Of a stretch of 64,000 nt of DNA, positions 63,029 through 64,000 are shown one piece after another. Below the pieces are notes generated by a model. That model had not been told where the DNA came from. It saw only the letters and a list, made by a program, of their open reading frames with translations, and did no database searches. The stretch is from NCBI RefSeq assembly GCF_036321535.1, contig NC_087458.1, forward strand, positions 10,912,001 through 10,976,000, written 5' to 3'. Positions within the stretch are counted from its first letter, which is position 1; each line of letters starts with the position of its first letter. This DNA is from Camelus dromedarius (taxonomy: Eukaryota). The position numbers were made by a program, and so were the translations under genes.

Positions 63029-63755
63029 GAATGACTGTCATCAAAAAGACAAGAAGTATAAAAATTGTGAATCACTATGTTGTACACCTGAAATGTATAT
63101 AATATTGCACATCAACTATACTTCAATAAAAAAGTATTTAAAAAAAAAAGACAACAATGTTGGTGAGGATGTGGAGAAAAGGGAACCCTTGTGCACTGTT
63201 AGTGGGAATGTAAATTGGTACAATCACTGTGGAAAAGATTATAGAGGCTCCTCAAAAATTAAAAGTAGAACCACCAAATGATCCAGCAATTCCACTTCTG
63301 GGTATATATCTGAAGAAAACACAGTTGCAGCCTTATTTATAATAGCTAAGACTTGGAAACAACCTAAGTGGCTATCAATGGGTAAAGAAGATGTAAGATA
63401 TATATGTTTATTATATATAATATATATTTAATATATAATCTATGTTTAACTCAGCATAAAAAAGAAGGAAATTCTACCATTTGTAACAACATGGATGAAC
63501 CTTGAGGGCATTTTGCTGAGAAAATAATAGAAGGACAAATACTGTATTCTCTCACTTATATGTGAAATCTCAAAAAACTCTCAAACTCCTAGAAATAGAG
63601 AACAGAGGTGGAGGGGGTGTTGAGTGAAGCTGGTCAAAAGGCACAAACTCCTAGTTGTAACTTAAATAAATTCTGAGGTTGAATACAACATAACTATAGT
63701 TAAAAATACTCTATTGTATATTTGAAGGTTGCCAAGAGAATAGATCTTAAAAGTT
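63029..63755 (+). mobile_element. LINE-1 fragment (ORF2 3' end and 3' UTR) with a nested short L1 3' end
   Basis: tgttggtgaggatgtggagaaaagggaaccc...atccagcaattccacttctgggtatatatc...gacttggaaacaacctaagtg...aacatggatgaaccttgagggc. The 5' part runs into gap 62695-63028. Confidence 0.85.
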
Positions 63756-64000
63756 CAAGCCCTCATCATTTTCCACTTATCACTTCAAGTGGCCTACTAA
63801 ATTATTCTCCCTATGACCAGCTTCATCTCTTTCCAACCCATCCTCCATGCTGTTGCTATTTCTAAAATGCAAATTTGATCATGTCTCTCTCCTGCTTAAA
63901 ATTCTTCATTTGCTTCTCATCACCTTCAGGGTAAAATACAATCTCTTTAGCATGTCACACAAAGTACTTTGTGATCTGGCTCCTATTTATCACTCTGACC

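Noticed and set aside
63093-63281. 62-aa ORF resembling L1 ORF2
   Set aside because: A fragment of a degraded L1, not a functional gene.

Overview
Mammalian genomic DNA, probably camelid (inferred from three copies of a tRNA-Ala-derived SINE), syntenic with human 1q23.3. Gene order: USP21(+), PPOX(+), B4GALT3(-), ADAMTS4(-), NDUFS2(+), FCER1G(+), APOA2(-), TOMM40L(+), NR1I3/CAR(-). I traced all nine genes exon by exon through GT-AG junctions. Summed exon lengths give the expected proteins; four exons (USP21, PPOX, TOMM40L x2) and the TOMM40L stop lie wholly or partly in N gaps. Extra elements: an AAMDC processed retrocopy with poly(A) and a target-site duplication between B4GALT3 and ADAMTS4, a likely U12-type intron in USP21, a 40-codon uORF with three YY1-like repeats in TOMM40L exon 1, a degenerate MIR5187-like mirtron, a (TG)30 tract replacing the APOA2 polypyrimidine tract, missing CAR2/CAR3 splice acceptors, and many MIR/L2/L1/MER relics. 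I found no evidence of a wholly new multi-gene system. Human comparisons are from memory, not database searches.
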